Assembly (NCBI GenBank): GCA_018221125.1 | Contig: JAAOYC010000036.1 | Span: forward strand, 1-49,230 | Length of the DNA: 49,230 bases | DNA from: Candidatus Woesearchaeota archaeon | GTDB lineage: Archaea > Nanobdellota > Nanobdellia > Woesearchaeales > WJKL01 | Reading direction: 5' to 3' | Part shown: positions 15,564 to 25,523 of the stretch, in pieces | How positions within the stretch are numbered: the stretch's first letter is position 1 | Layout: each line of letters begins with the position of its first letter | Position numbers and translations under genes: made by a program | Notes under the pieces: model-generated | Databases searched by the model: none | What the model was told of the DNA's origin: nothing | Seen by the model: the letters and a program-made list of their open reading frames with translations, nothing else

Positions 15564-16481
15564 GAAAGGCCCTGTCAAACAAAATATTTTCTGGGATATT
15601 ATCAGGAGATTGTGTGCAACAACTCTTTCTGTCTTGTTTGAGCTTGTCTCTATGATATTCATGAATTTGTTTACAAGCTTTTTCCTTGCATCTCCGATTT
15701 TTACAATCTTTGAACTGTCGAATTTGTAGAACAGCTCGTAGAATGCCCTTAGCATATCATTGACTTCTTTATAGCTGTCAAGCATGTCCTTGCTCAGCTT
15801 CAGGTTTTTGTCTTTCCTGTCATAGAAATAATTGCAGAGATATTTATACTGGTCTGCTATGTTTTCTGCATCCTCTATGATATAATAGAGAGGGCCTATC
15901 TTTCCTTTTTCATATCCTTTCTTGTTCAGTATTCTCCTGCAGGAAGTTGTGAATCTGTTGTTTGACTCCTCTAAAAGAGCAATATTTCGCATTCTTTCAA
16001 GCTCTTTTTTATTTAATGCGTCCAGACTTTCATCTGCCATTGAAATCAACATTAAAAACATCCTTCTTAGAATCTGGCCAAAGCCTTCCAATCCTCCAGT
16101 GATGTTCTTGATGATGCACTTGTTCTGCCTCTGGTCTATGATTTCATAGCCAACAACCTCTTTTCCCAGTGCATTCTGGACATGCTCAATCAGCTTTGGA
16201 TCATCAAAAGAGATATCTAATTCATCGATCCCTTTTTTGTATAAAGCGTGAAGATATCTTGAAGTCATAAGACCTAGCTTGCTTATGTTTAATTCAGCTC
16301 TTTCAAGCTGTTTTCCAGTAGGATCTGCCTCTGGATGCAGGACTAAATGTCCTTTATCTTCCTCTACTGCTATTAAATCGCCTTTTTTAAGCTTATTTTT
16401 TAAAACCCAGCTCTTTGGAAGCGATATTATAAAAGATGTCTTCCCAAAACTGATTAATTTTCTGAATTCCATATATTCCAC
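15546..16481 (-). CDS. phoU: AbrB/SpoVT-domain plus PhoU-domain regulator (archaeal PhoU-like phosphate uptake regulator)
   Basis: N-terminus RKLISFGKTSFIISLPKSWVLKNKLKKGDLIAVEE is an AbrB-type swapped hairpin; helical PhoU-like repeats follow. Confidence 0.75.
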   Translation of the reverse strand: MEYMEFRKLISFGKTSFIISLPKSWVLKNKLKKGDLIAVEEDKGHLVLHPEADPTGKQLERAELNISKLGLMTSRYLHALYKKGIDELDISFDDPKLIEHVQNALGKEVVGYEIIDQRQNKCIIKNITGGLEGFGQILRRMFLMLISMADESLDALNKKELERMRNIALLEESNNRFTTSCRRILNKKGYEKGKIGPLYYIIEDAENIADQYKYLCNYFYDRKDKNLKLSKDMLDSYKEVNDMLRAFYELFYKFDSSKIVKIGDARKKLVNKFMNIIETSSNKTERVVAHNLLIISQKIFCLTGPFLVNAL

Positions 16482-16633
16482 CCCGGAATGTTAATCTAAG
16501 CATATTTACATGTTCAATTGAATATTAAACATATGTTTTTCATCAGGTATATATGTTATATGGAAAAGGTATATATATTTAAAGGTTATTATTATAGTAG
16601 CATATAGCATAAAATTCCTGGAGGTGGGGGGAA

Positions 16634-16768
16634 ATGAAAATTAAAGATGAGCATTTTGAAGATGATGAAAACATCTACTCTGAAGAATCAAGAGAGCTGC
16701 TTCTTGAAGATGGAGAATTAAGTGCTGAAGAAGAAGCATTTATGAGAGGATATGACGAAGCTGCTTAA
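16634..16768 (+). CDS. possible 44-aa acidic protein, absent from the ORF track
   Basis: GGAGGTGGGGGG Shine-Dalgarno directly upstream; MKIKDEHFEDDENIYSEESRELLLEDGELSAEEEAFMRGYDEAA. Confidence 0.4.
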   Translation: MKIKDEHFEDDENIYSEESRELLLEDGELSAEEEAFMRGYDEAA

Positions 16769-16785
16769 ACAGCTTTTTTGTAAAA

Positions 16786-16920
16786 ATGGAGTTTTTTTTA
16801 GAAGAGGATATTGAATTAATCAAAAGTATGAGGCGTGATCCTAAGATTGATGTCAAAGGTATTCTTAGCAGAAAGAAATTAAGTAATTTTGAGCTTGATA
16901 TTATCATGAATAATTGTTAA
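16786..16920 (+). CDS. possible 44-aa protein, absent from the ORF track
   Basis: MEFFLEEDIELIKSMRRDPKIDVKGILSRKKLSNFELDIIMNNC; no clear ribosome-binding site. Confidence 0.25.
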   Translation: MEFFLEEDIELIKSMRRDPKIDVKGILSRKKLSNFELDIIMNNC

Positions 16921-16922
16921 AG

Positions 16923-17108
16923 ATGTCATTAAAAAAACTGCTTGGACTGAATGAAGCCGGGATTTCTGATTTTGAGATAATCAGCAGGCTAAAGAAAGCA
17001 CAAAAACAGGATTTGGATGAAGTTGATTTTATCAAAGCAGATGGTTCTGTTGTAAAGGTCAATCTTCCCCATATGGATTTTGATCCTATCTTATTTCAAG
17101 AACATTGA
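16923..17108 (+). CDS. hypothetical small protein
   Basis: First ATG of the 16914-17108 ORF (MSLKKLLGLNEAG...). Confidence 0.35.
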   Translation: MSLKKLLGLNEAGISDFEIISRLKKAQKQDLDEVDFIKADGSVVKVNLPHMDFDPILFQEH

Positions 17109-17155
17109 ATTCTGGTAGTACAGGGCTTCTAGTGGCCGAATTCTGGTATTTTAAA

Positions 17156-17172
17156 GCGAAAGGTTTTTAAAC
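17156..17172 (+). promoter_or_regulatory. BRE+TATA promoter (GCGAAAGGTTTTTAAAC) of gyrB
   Basis: Consensus motif about 70 nt upstream of the ATG at 17242. Confidence 0.55.
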
Positions 17173-17235
17173 TAATGGGCTTTATTTTTAGTAGAAATTG
17201 AGATAAATTCTGGCCAATTTTACGTCGGGAAGTAG

Positions 17236-19122
<1,887 letters not shown>

Positions 19123-19212
19123 AAGCAAAAGACTTATAAATCAATTTGGATTTTTTGAGAGAATGGTTAAACTTACGAGCAAGGCGAGTAAGGTTTGACA
19201 TTTTAGAAAAAA

Positions 19213-19923
19213 ATGGCAAAAGCAAAAAGAAAAACATCAAGAGCTAGCAGTGTTAAGAAAACATGGTATCCTATATTAGCTCCAAAATTGTTTAATTCAC
19301 AGGCTATAGGAGAGACCTATATAGCAGAGCCTTCCAAGTCAATTGGGAAAACAGTAGCTGCAAATCTTATGAACCTAACAAGAGATATGAGAAAGCAGAA
19401 TCTAAAGGTCATTTTTGAGATAACTAATGCTACCAGCGGCAAGTTCTACACTGATATCATCGGATATGAGATGATTTCTTCTTCAATCAAGAGAATGATA
19501 AGGAGAGGCAAGAGAAAGATTGATTATTCTTTTAAAACTGTTACAGCTGACGGATACAGGCTGCAGTTGAAAGTCATAATGATCACAATTGGACTGGCAA
19601 ACCTATCTTCATTAACAAGATTAAGAAAAATATGCAAGGAAGAGTTAACAGCTCTTTTGAGCAAAACCAATTACCTGAATTTTGTTGATGATCTGGTAAA
19701 CCATAAATTCCAGGGATTTATCAAGAAAAAGCTAAGCAAAGCATATCCATTAAGAACATTTGAACTAAGGTTTATGAAAGTGATGAAAAAGGGGAAGGCT
19801 CCTGAGAAAGAAGTGGAAAAAGAGATTAAGAAGGAAGTTCCTAAAGAAGAAGTAAAAAAAGAAGTTGAGAAAGAAGCTCCTAAAGAAGAAGCAAAACCAG
19901 AAGAAGAAGTAAAAAAAGAGTAA
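19213..19923 (+). CDS. rps3ae: 30S ribosomal protein S3Ae (eS1) with Lys/Glu-rich C-terminal tail
   Basis: KKTWYPILAPKLFNSQAIGETYIAEPSKSIGKTV... matches eS1; the last ~45 aa are KE/KEV repeats. Confidence 0.9.
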   Translation: MAKAKRKTSRASSVKKTWYPILAPKLFNSQAIGETYIAEPSKSIGKTVAANLMNLTRDMRKQNLKVIFEITNATSGKFYTDIIGYEMISSSIKRMIRRGKRKIDYSFKTVTADGYRLQLKVIMITIGLANLSSLTRLRKICKEELTALLSKTNYLNFVDDLVNHKFQGFIKKKLSKAYPLRTFELRFMKVMKKGKAPEKEVEKEIKKEVPKEEVKKEVEKEAPKEEAKPEEEVKKE

Positions 19924-19924
19924 A

Positions 19925-20104
19925 ATGCCAAAACCAATTATTTCTGATAAATGCACTAACTGCGGAACATGCATTGAAATATGTCCAGTAGATGTTTTTT
20001 CTAAAGAAGATGGAAAGGTTGTTGTTAAGAAAGCATCTGATTGTATTGGCTGCAGGGCTTGTGAAGTTCAGTGTCCTGAAGAAGCAATTAAGATTGAAGA
20101 TTAA
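19925..20104 (+). CDS. 2x[4Fe-4S] ferredoxin, 59 aa, absent from the ORF track
   Basis: MPKPIISDKCTNCGTCIEICP...CIGCRACEVQCPEEAIKIED; two CxxCxxCxxxCP motifs; ATG is 1 nt after the rps3ae stop. Confidence 0.75.
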   Translation: MPKPIISDKCTNCGTCIEICPVDVFSKEDGKVVVKKASDCIGCRACEVQCPEEAIKIED

Positions 20105-20163
20105 TTCTTTAGGAAAAAATATTTATAATAGACTATATTATTCTGATTCTGGGGGGATGAAAT

Positions 20164-20898
20164 ATGACAACTGGACCATTAATTAAAATGCTTTCTGGAG
20201 AGGATTTTCCTTATGAAGTTAGTTGGGTAGAAGTATTGTTTAAAGGATTAGCTGATTATTTGAAGATGGGGGGAGTTACAGAGACACCAATTGAAGTTCA
20301 TTTTGAGAATTCAAAACTTAAGGTTGAAAGAACGCTTGCTGCAAATGACCGTCATCTTAGCTTAGTTTATAAAAAATATCTTTCTCCTTTCTATGATCTT
20401 AAAGAAGAAGAAACAAGAGAAAGTGAAAATGCAATAAAATCATTGGCTGAGCTTCTTGTTTCAGATGAAGCAGCAGGAGTTCGACAGTTGATTAAGTATT
20501 TGAATGATGGGCCTTATTGTGAGACTACAACATTGAGAAATTATTCTTTAGATCCGCATTTTCAACAAGCACATGCGAAAGTTTATAGGCTCGCAGAGTT
20601 AAAGGATAACGAGATTAAATTTGATACGCGTTTGAGTCTTGGTATTGATTCTGAAAAAATCGATGAATATATGGGTTATTTAAGTGAGTTTGAACATAAA
20701 TTTGCTGGTTTTTTCCATGAAGGATTTAAACAATCAAAAGAAAATGATCGTGAACATGCAGAAGTTCTTAAAATACAGGATATAATGTTTGGTAAACAGA
20801 GAAGGATTGTTATTAGAGATATGCCTTTAGAAGATAATTTAGATGATTCAGCCAGAGAAGAAATAATTGAGTTTGCAACTTATGTTTCAAGGTTTTAG
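20164..20898 (+). CDS. hypothetical protein
   Basis: 244-aa ORF with GGGGGATGA Shine-Dalgarno-like sequence upstream. Confidence 0.6.
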   Translation: MTTGPLIKMLSGEDFPYEVSWVEVLFKGLADYLKMGGVTETPIEVHFENSKLKVERTLAANDRHLSLVYKKYLSPFYDLKEEETRESENAIKSLAELLVSDEAAGVRQLIKYLNDGPYCETTTLRNYSLDPHFQQAHAKVYRLAELKDNEIKFDTRLSLGIDSEKIDEYMGYLSEFEHKFAGFFHEGFKQSKENDREHAEVLKIQDIMFGKQRRIVIRDMPLEDNLDDSAREEIIEFATYVSRF

Positions 20899-20913
20899 TG
20901 AAGGTTTATAAAT
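20898..20913 (+). promoter_or_regulatory. BRE+TATA promoter (GTGAAGGTTTATAAAT)
   Basis: About 25 nt upstream of the ATG at 20937. Confidence 0.6.
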
Positions 20914-20936
20914 TTCAGATATTTCTTTAACTATAC

Positions 20937-21326
20937 ATGTTAGAATATATAGCTAATTTGAGAAAGTCCTTCAATGACAAAGTTAGAATTGATGGAAATA
21001 AATTATATGATGGATTAGGTGACACATTTACATCAGATATGCATGAAGGAGTGGTTTCATTTATAATAGTGGCTTCTGTAGGTTTACCATATATCTATCA
21101 TGCTTCTGTGCGAACTTTAGATGAGGGATTCCAACAGATAAGAATAGAACTAAAGGAAACTATGAAGCAGGATTCAGAAGAATTTAGAAAACAGATGGAA
21201 TATAAATTTCAAAAACTGCTGGAAGATGAAAAGAGAGGACAAGAAAAAATGTTAGAAAGAATGTTTGATAAATTTGACCTGCCTTTAATTAATGAAGACG
21301 AACATTTAAGTGATGATTATTTCTAG
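20937..21326 (+). CDS. hypothetical protein
   Basis: 129-aa ORF behind a consensus promoter. Confidence 0.55.
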   Translation: MLEYIANLRKSFNDKVRIDGNKLYDGLGDTFTSDMHEGVVSFIIVASVGLPYIYHASVRTLDEGFQQIRIELKETMKQDSEEFRKQMEYKFQKLLEDEKRGQEKMLERMFDKFDLPLINEDEHLSDDYF

Positions 21327-21362
21327 GACAAATCTTAACACCAGGATATTCTCTGCACATTT
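21325..21362 (-). pseudogene. 38-nt remnant copy of the 3' end of the Cys-cluster gene at 22719-22976
   Basis: aggacaaatcttaacaccaggatattctctgcacattt versus aggacaaatatcaacaccaggatattctctgcacattt at 22734-22771 (2 mismatches); encodes MCREYPGVKICP versus MCREYPGVDICP, with stops immediately upstream. Confidence 0.6.
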
Positions 21363-21520
21363 AGATTCACAAAAAGATATTCCAATAATTATTCAGTAAT
21401 TCAAAATCTTACCCTTTAAATTTCTGTATAGAAAAAAGAAGGGTAAGAATATTCCTTAAAGGTTCTGAAATAATTCATCTGGTTTTCAATTTACCACATG
21501 TCAACCTAAAAGTTTATGTA

Positions 21521-21568
21521 AGTTATACCTACACAAAACACAATATCTCAATATATGTAGGTATAACT
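21521..21568. repeat. perfect 13-bp inverted repeat (AGTTATACCTACA / TGTAGGTATAACT) with 22-nt spacer
   Basis: Read directly; lies 14 nt downstream of the HEPN-like gene stop. Confidence 0.7.
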
Positions 21569-21581
21569 GTTAAATTATCAT

Positions 21582-22049
21582 TTATTCCAGAATTCTTCTT
21601 ATTTCCTTTACTTTATCAAGAATAATTGTTTCATTTATACTTTTTATTTCCAGTATAAACTCAAGAATTTTGTTATAATCTACATGGACTTCTTTGTTCT
21701 TAAGATAATATTGATTATCAATTCTTAATTTCTTATCTTTCTCGAGAATATTGGAAAATCCCTTGGGTATAACCTTTCTATCTTCCAATAATCTGCAGAC
21801 AGATATTGTGCAATCGTGTATCTCACATTTTATACCAATTTTCATAAGCAAAGAGTATACTGCAAAATATTCGCAATAATATTTTGTTGTGGCGAGCCAT
21901 ATTTTTGATTTGCTCTTTATATTTCTAAGCACTTCCAATGTTTCTTCAGCAGTCTGCATATATTCCCTAGATAAATTGTCATTTGGTTCTACGAGCTTTA
22001 ATCCTTTCTTCTGATTCTTGCACCATTCAAGGGTTACCATATAAACCAC
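21582..22049 (-). CDS. HEPN-like domain protein (partner of the upstream nucleotidyltransferase)
   Basis: 155 aa, all-helical pattern (AEETLEVLRN...WLATTKYYCEYFAVYSLLMKIGIKCEIHDCT) typical of archaeal HEPN partners; overlaps the nucleotidyltransferase gene by 16 nt. Confidence 0.55.
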   Translation of the reverse strand: MVYMVTLEWCKNQKKGLKLVEPNDNLSREYMQTAEETLEVLRNIKSKSKIWLATTKYYCEYFAVYSLLMKIGIKCEIHDCTISVCRLLEDRKVIPKGFSNILEKDKKLRIDNQYYLKNKEVHVDYNKILEFILEIKSINETIILDKVKEIRRILE

Positions 22050-22600
22050 CTTATTATATCCTCACTTCCTTTTAAGATAAGATGTTTTTTAATTATTTCT
22101 TTCTTTAATGATTTTGATATTAAGTCTAGTCTCTTAACATTAATTATATGAATTTCCTTATTGATCTGTTTAGCAAAATTCTTTATGGCTTTCTCTTCAG
22201 CCTTTCCAATAATTAACAAGTCAATATCATTTGCAGTTTTAATGGAAACTGCAGCAGAGCCAAACACTAAACATTTAGCATTTTCATTAAGATTTGATTG
22301 AATAAAATGATTTAATTCCTTTAACAAAGGCTCTTTTTCACATTTTCTTATTAATGCGTGCTTTTCGGCAATAGTCAAATAATCTATGATATTCCTGTTC
22401 TCATGATTTAATAAATATAGAGTAAGCCTTCCTTTGTGCAGTTTTCTTAAAACACCTTTTTTTTCCAATAAATTAAGCCATTGTCTTACAGTAGGGTGGG
22501 GCTCTTTTATTTCTCTTGAAATCTCTGCAAGATGAAGCATTTCTTTTGGCTTTGATAGAAAAGGTTCTAAAACGTTTAATATTGTTAGTTTTTTAACCAT
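22034..22600 (-). CDS. winged-HTH plus minimal nucleotidyltransferase (MNT) protein
   Basis: LAEISREIKEPHPTVRQWLNLLEKKGVL (wHTH), then LVFGSAAVSIKTANDIDLLIIG (GS...DxD Pol-beta-type motif). Confidence 0.75.
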   Translation of the reverse strand: MVKKLTILNVLEPFLSKPKEMLHLAEISREIKEPHPTVRQWLNLLEKKGVLRKLHKGRLTLYLLNHENRNIIDYLTIAEKHALIRKCEKEPLLKELNHFIQSNLNENAKCLVFGSAAVSIKTANDIDLLIIGKAEEKAIKNFAKQINKEIHIINVKRLDLISKSLKKEIIKKHLILKGSEDIIRWFIW

Positions 22601-22620
22601 ATCGTTATAAATATAACGAT
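22601..22620. promoter_or_regulatory. 20-bp palindrome ATCGTTATA-AA-TATAACGAT, candidate autoregulatory operator
   Basis: Sits exactly between the TATA (22621-22631) and the start codon (22600) of the wHTH-MNT gene. Confidence 0.5.
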
Positions 22621-22639
22621 TAATATAAAAACCTTTCGG
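22621..22639 (-). promoter_or_regulatory. BRE+TATA promoter (minus strand CCGAAAGGTTTTTATATTA)
   Basis: About 25 nt upstream of the ATG at 22600. Confidence 0.6.
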
Positions 22640-22718
22640 TTTTCAAATGATGAATTTAGTTTATGATGCCAATGATAATTTAGAATTTAGATCGACAATA
22701 TTCATTAAATCAGTAACT

Positions 22719-22976
22719 TTATTTCTTTCCTTGAGGACAAATATCAACACCAGGATATTCTCTGCACATTTTTGGTCTTATTGAATATATTTTGCAATTA
22801 TTGTTTTCTAAGAAAAAGCATTTTTTGTCTGGAAGCTTGATGCACTTTCTTCCTTTTGTGTCTTTTTCTGTGAAATCTCTATATCCTTTTAGAAGTATTC
22901 TTAGGTATTCTAGCAGAGAAAGTCTTACTCTTAAAGTGCAGCAGTAAGCGCATCTGCTGCAGTTGGATGGCATCAT
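22719..22976 (-). CDS. YkgJ/UPF0153-type cysteine-cluster protein (CxxCxxCC)
   Basis: NCSRCAYCCT near the N-terminus and CFFLENNNCKIYSIRPKMCREYP. Confidence 0.65.
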   Translation of the reverse strand: MMPSNCSRCAYCCTLRVRLSLLEYLRILLKGYRDFTEKDTKGRKCIKLPDKKCFFLENNNCKIYSIRPKMCREYPGVDICPQGKK

Positions 22977-23009
22977 AGGAAGAAATTAAGAGTTTAATTA
23001 TTTAAATAT

Positions 23010-23846
23010 TTAGTAAGTAACCATATCTTTCAGAAATAACTTCAATAAATCCCTTGTTGTTACTATACCTTCTGGGAATTTGCCATCAACAACTACAATA
23101 GAAGAGATATCAAATCTTTCCATCTTGTCAATAACTCTTTCTAATGTGTCTTCTGGAGATGCAGTTATCATAATAGTGGTGGATATGTTCTTAACAGGAA
23201 AAGCATTGAGGTCTATTCTTTGCCTGAAGGCTCTTATTGTTCTTGTCCCTTTCATTGTAGGAGATCCTCTTCCTCTTGATTCTGATTTAGACTGTTGGTT
23301 TAAGATAAAGTTATTCAATAAGTCTGTCAATGATATTATATTGACTAATACTCCTTCCTTGTCAACAATAGGAAGCCTGCTGATGTTGTTCTCTTTCATC
23401 AGGTAGATTGCTTTTCCAATTCTTTCATGCTCATATATTGCTATAAAATTAGGAGTCATTACCTCTGTAATCTTCTTTTTTGCATGCTCTGTCTCTTTTA
23501 GTTTTGAGATTATATCTTTTGATTTCACAACACCAATGATCTGGCCTTTTTCTTTTACAGGAAGCATTCTTGTATCTGCTGCAAACATCAATCTTACTGT
23601 CTCTTTCAATGATTCTTTTCCATTCAGGACATGAACTCTTTTTACTATCTTTTTAACTTTCATCTGTGCAGGGTTTAGTTTTGTCTTTACAAGAAGATGC
23701 GTGTCAGCAACACCCAAGAATTTATTCTTGTCAAAGACCAAAGCTGCTTTTTCCTTGTGAAGTTTTAACTGCCCTATTAGTTTAGAAACAGATGCAGACT
23801 TATCTATCCTAAGATACTTCTTTTTTATCAGGTCATCCTCAACCAT
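23010..23846 (-). CDS. CBS-domain protein (two CBS pairs)
   Basis: Repeated CBS-like units (MLPVKEKGQIIGVVKSKDIISKL, RLPIVDKEGVLVNIISLTDLL, SIVVVDGKFPEGIVTTRDLLK). Confidence 0.8.
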   Translation of the reverse strand: MVEDDLIKKKYLRIDKSASVSKLIGQLKLHKEKAALVFDKNKFLGVADTHLLVKTKLNPAQMKVKKIVKRVHVLNGKESLKETVRLMFAADTRMLPVKEKGQIIGVVKSKDIISKLKETEHAKKKITEVMTPNFIAIYEHERIGKAIYLMKENNISRLPIVDKEGVLVNIISLTDLLNNFILNQQSKSESRGRGSPTMKGTRTIRAFRQRIDLNAFPVKNISTTIMITASPEDTLERVIDKMERFDISSIVVVDGKFPEGIVTTRDLLKLFLKDMVTY

Positions 23847-23956
23847 ATGCTGATTTTAGAGGAGAAAGTATTTAAGCTTTTTGATTCAGAGAATCAAAAC
23901 TTTTTGGACTTTCAAAATTTTCTGTGGATTATAATCATTATCTACTAGTAGTAACA

Positions 23957-23974
23957 AACCGAAAGGTTTATAAG
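23957..23974 (+). promoter_or_regulatory. BRE+TATA promoter (AACCGAAAGGTTTATAAG)
   Basis: About 25 nt upstream of the ATG at 24000. Confidence 0.65.
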
Positions 23975-23999
23975 CAATCTTTATCTCTTATTTTAAGAA

Positions 24000-25523
24000 A
24001 TGGCTAAGGCAATAATTTTCCCTGTAAATAATAAAGGAGGAGTTGGAAAAACTTCAATCTTAACAGATATTATTGCTGCACTTTCAAGAGGATACGCCAC
24101 AGGAGTTATTGATTTTGATCTTCAGGCAAGCATGGCAGGCACTTTGATCAGAGACCTTTCTATAGGAAATAGAAGATTAGAATTTTATGATGAATTAGAA
24201 GTGCAAAAAGTTCTATTGCAGGAAGGAACAACTCTTGTTTTTTCTGACCCAATGAGAAGATTAAGATTAGAAGTACAGCCATCAGAAACGAATCTTGCTG
24301 TTTTTCCAGTAGGAATGTTATATAATAATCCTGATTGCAGAAAAAAACTAGAGGGAATTATTCAGGATGACTTTGGTTCTGTAGATGTAATTGGTATGGA
24401 CCTTCCTCCTGTACCAGACCCTGCATTAATCTTTGATTATAGTTTGAAGCCGGTTGTTGAAATTTCTGGGGATGCAACTCTTTTCCCAATAGTTGTTGCA
24501 ACTACAGAGCACAACTCTCTTCAAATTGGCCTGGACCAGTTTACAGGAGTTTATGATTATCTTTTATCACTTGGTGTTGAAGAAGAAAAAATCAATCCAA
24601 TATTAATGATTAATAAAGTAAGGGCTGAGTGGAATAATGATATAAAAGCATTCAGCAGAATCGAAGAAAGGGATATAGAAAAATTAGAAGCCTTTGGATT
24701 AATGAATGAATATGGTTCTAAAATTGTTGAAGAATTAAAAAGAGAAGGAATTACCTATCATGTAGCATGGCTGCCTTATTTTCCTCATTTAGATTCAGAA
24801 AGAGCTGATGGGCGCTTTTCTTTTTATTTCGGAACTGCTCCAAAAATTTTCCACTTTCCAGAAATATATGATTTACTGGACAGAGAAGGTTACCTAAAAA
24901 ATGACCTTACTGATGTAGAGGAAAAATTATTTGTTGCGCAAATTCACTCCCTAAGTAATTTCTTATGTTCAAAATTCAAACCAGCTTCTACAACATTTTA
25001 TTCACAAAATCTTGAAAGAAAGAATGTAGCAGAAGTTCAATCAAGATTAATAGAAAGCATGAAAGAATCAAGAGAAAAAGTTTTTACTGAATGGGCGGAG
25101 AATCCTAATAGTAAGAATTACCAAGCCTGGGAAACTAATGAAATTACTGCAAAAAGTTGGGGATATAAGTATAAACATTATCAAATTGATATTCCTGGAA
25201 CCGCCATTCCAGTAGAAGTTATGATACAAGCCATATATAATACATCAGAAGAAATTTACACAATAAGCGGAAGGCAGCATGATCCTGATTACAAAGAAAG
25301 ATTAACAAAGATTTTGACAGAAGGAGATACTTCTTCTCTTAAATACGCAGGCCTTCATAATCTATCTGTTAAGTTTGATGGAGAAGGAGACAGCTCAACC
25401 TGGGAGATAGAAGTAAAATTAAAAAAAGAAAGCTCATATGAGCAGACGATAAATGAAAGGTTTCCTGTGGATAAAACAATGGATTTTTTCCTAAGAAATT
25501 TAAATGATGCATTATCTAAATAA
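24000..25523 (+). CDS. ParA/MinD-like P-loop ATPase with a ~250-aa uncharacterised C-terminal region
   Basis: Deviant Walker A NNKGGVGKTS with signature Lys; IDFDLQAS; the C-terminal half is not recognised. Confidence 0.7.
   Translation: MAKAIIFPVNNKGGVGKTSILTDIIAALSRGYATGVIDFDLQASMAGTLIRDLSIGNRRLEFYDELEVQKVLLQEGTTLVFSDPMRRLRLEVQPSETNLAVFPVGMLYNNPDCRKKLEGIIQDDFGSVDVIGMDLPPVPDPALIFDYSLKPVVEISGDATLFPIVVATTEHNSLQIGLDQFTGVYDYLLSLGVEEEKINPILMINKVRAEWNNDIKAFSRIEERDIEKLEAFGLMNEYGSKIVEELKREGITYHVAWLPYFPHLDSERADGRFSFYFGTAPKIFHFPEIYDLLDREGYLKNDLTDVEEKLFVAQIHSLSNFLCSKFKPASTTFYSQNLERKNVAEVQSRLIESMKESREKVFTEWAENPNSKNYQAWETNEITAKSWGYKYKHYQIDIPGTAIPVEVMIQAIYNTSEEIYTISGRQHDPDYKERLTKILTEGDTSSLKYAGLHNLSVKFDGEGDSSTWEIEVKLKKESSYEQTINERFPVDKTMDFFLRNLNDALSK

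Noticed and set aside
17107-17148. 11-nt direct repeat GAATTCTGGTA (17107-17117 and 17138-17148) upstream of the gyrB promoter
   Set aside because: It is short, has only two copies, and has no associated structure or ORF. I cannot distinguish it from chance or a small local duplication.
19790-19920. Apparent tandem DNA repeat (aaagaag/gaagt units)
   Set aside because: It is in frame and continuous with rps3ae, so it is a low-complexity Lys/Glu coding tail and not a non-coding satellite.
19992-20186. 64-aa plus-strand ORF from the track downstream of rps3ae
   Set aside because: It is out of frame with, and overlapped by, the 59-aa 2x[4Fe-4S] ferredoxin ORF (19925-20104), which has two perfect CxxCxxCxxxCP motifs.
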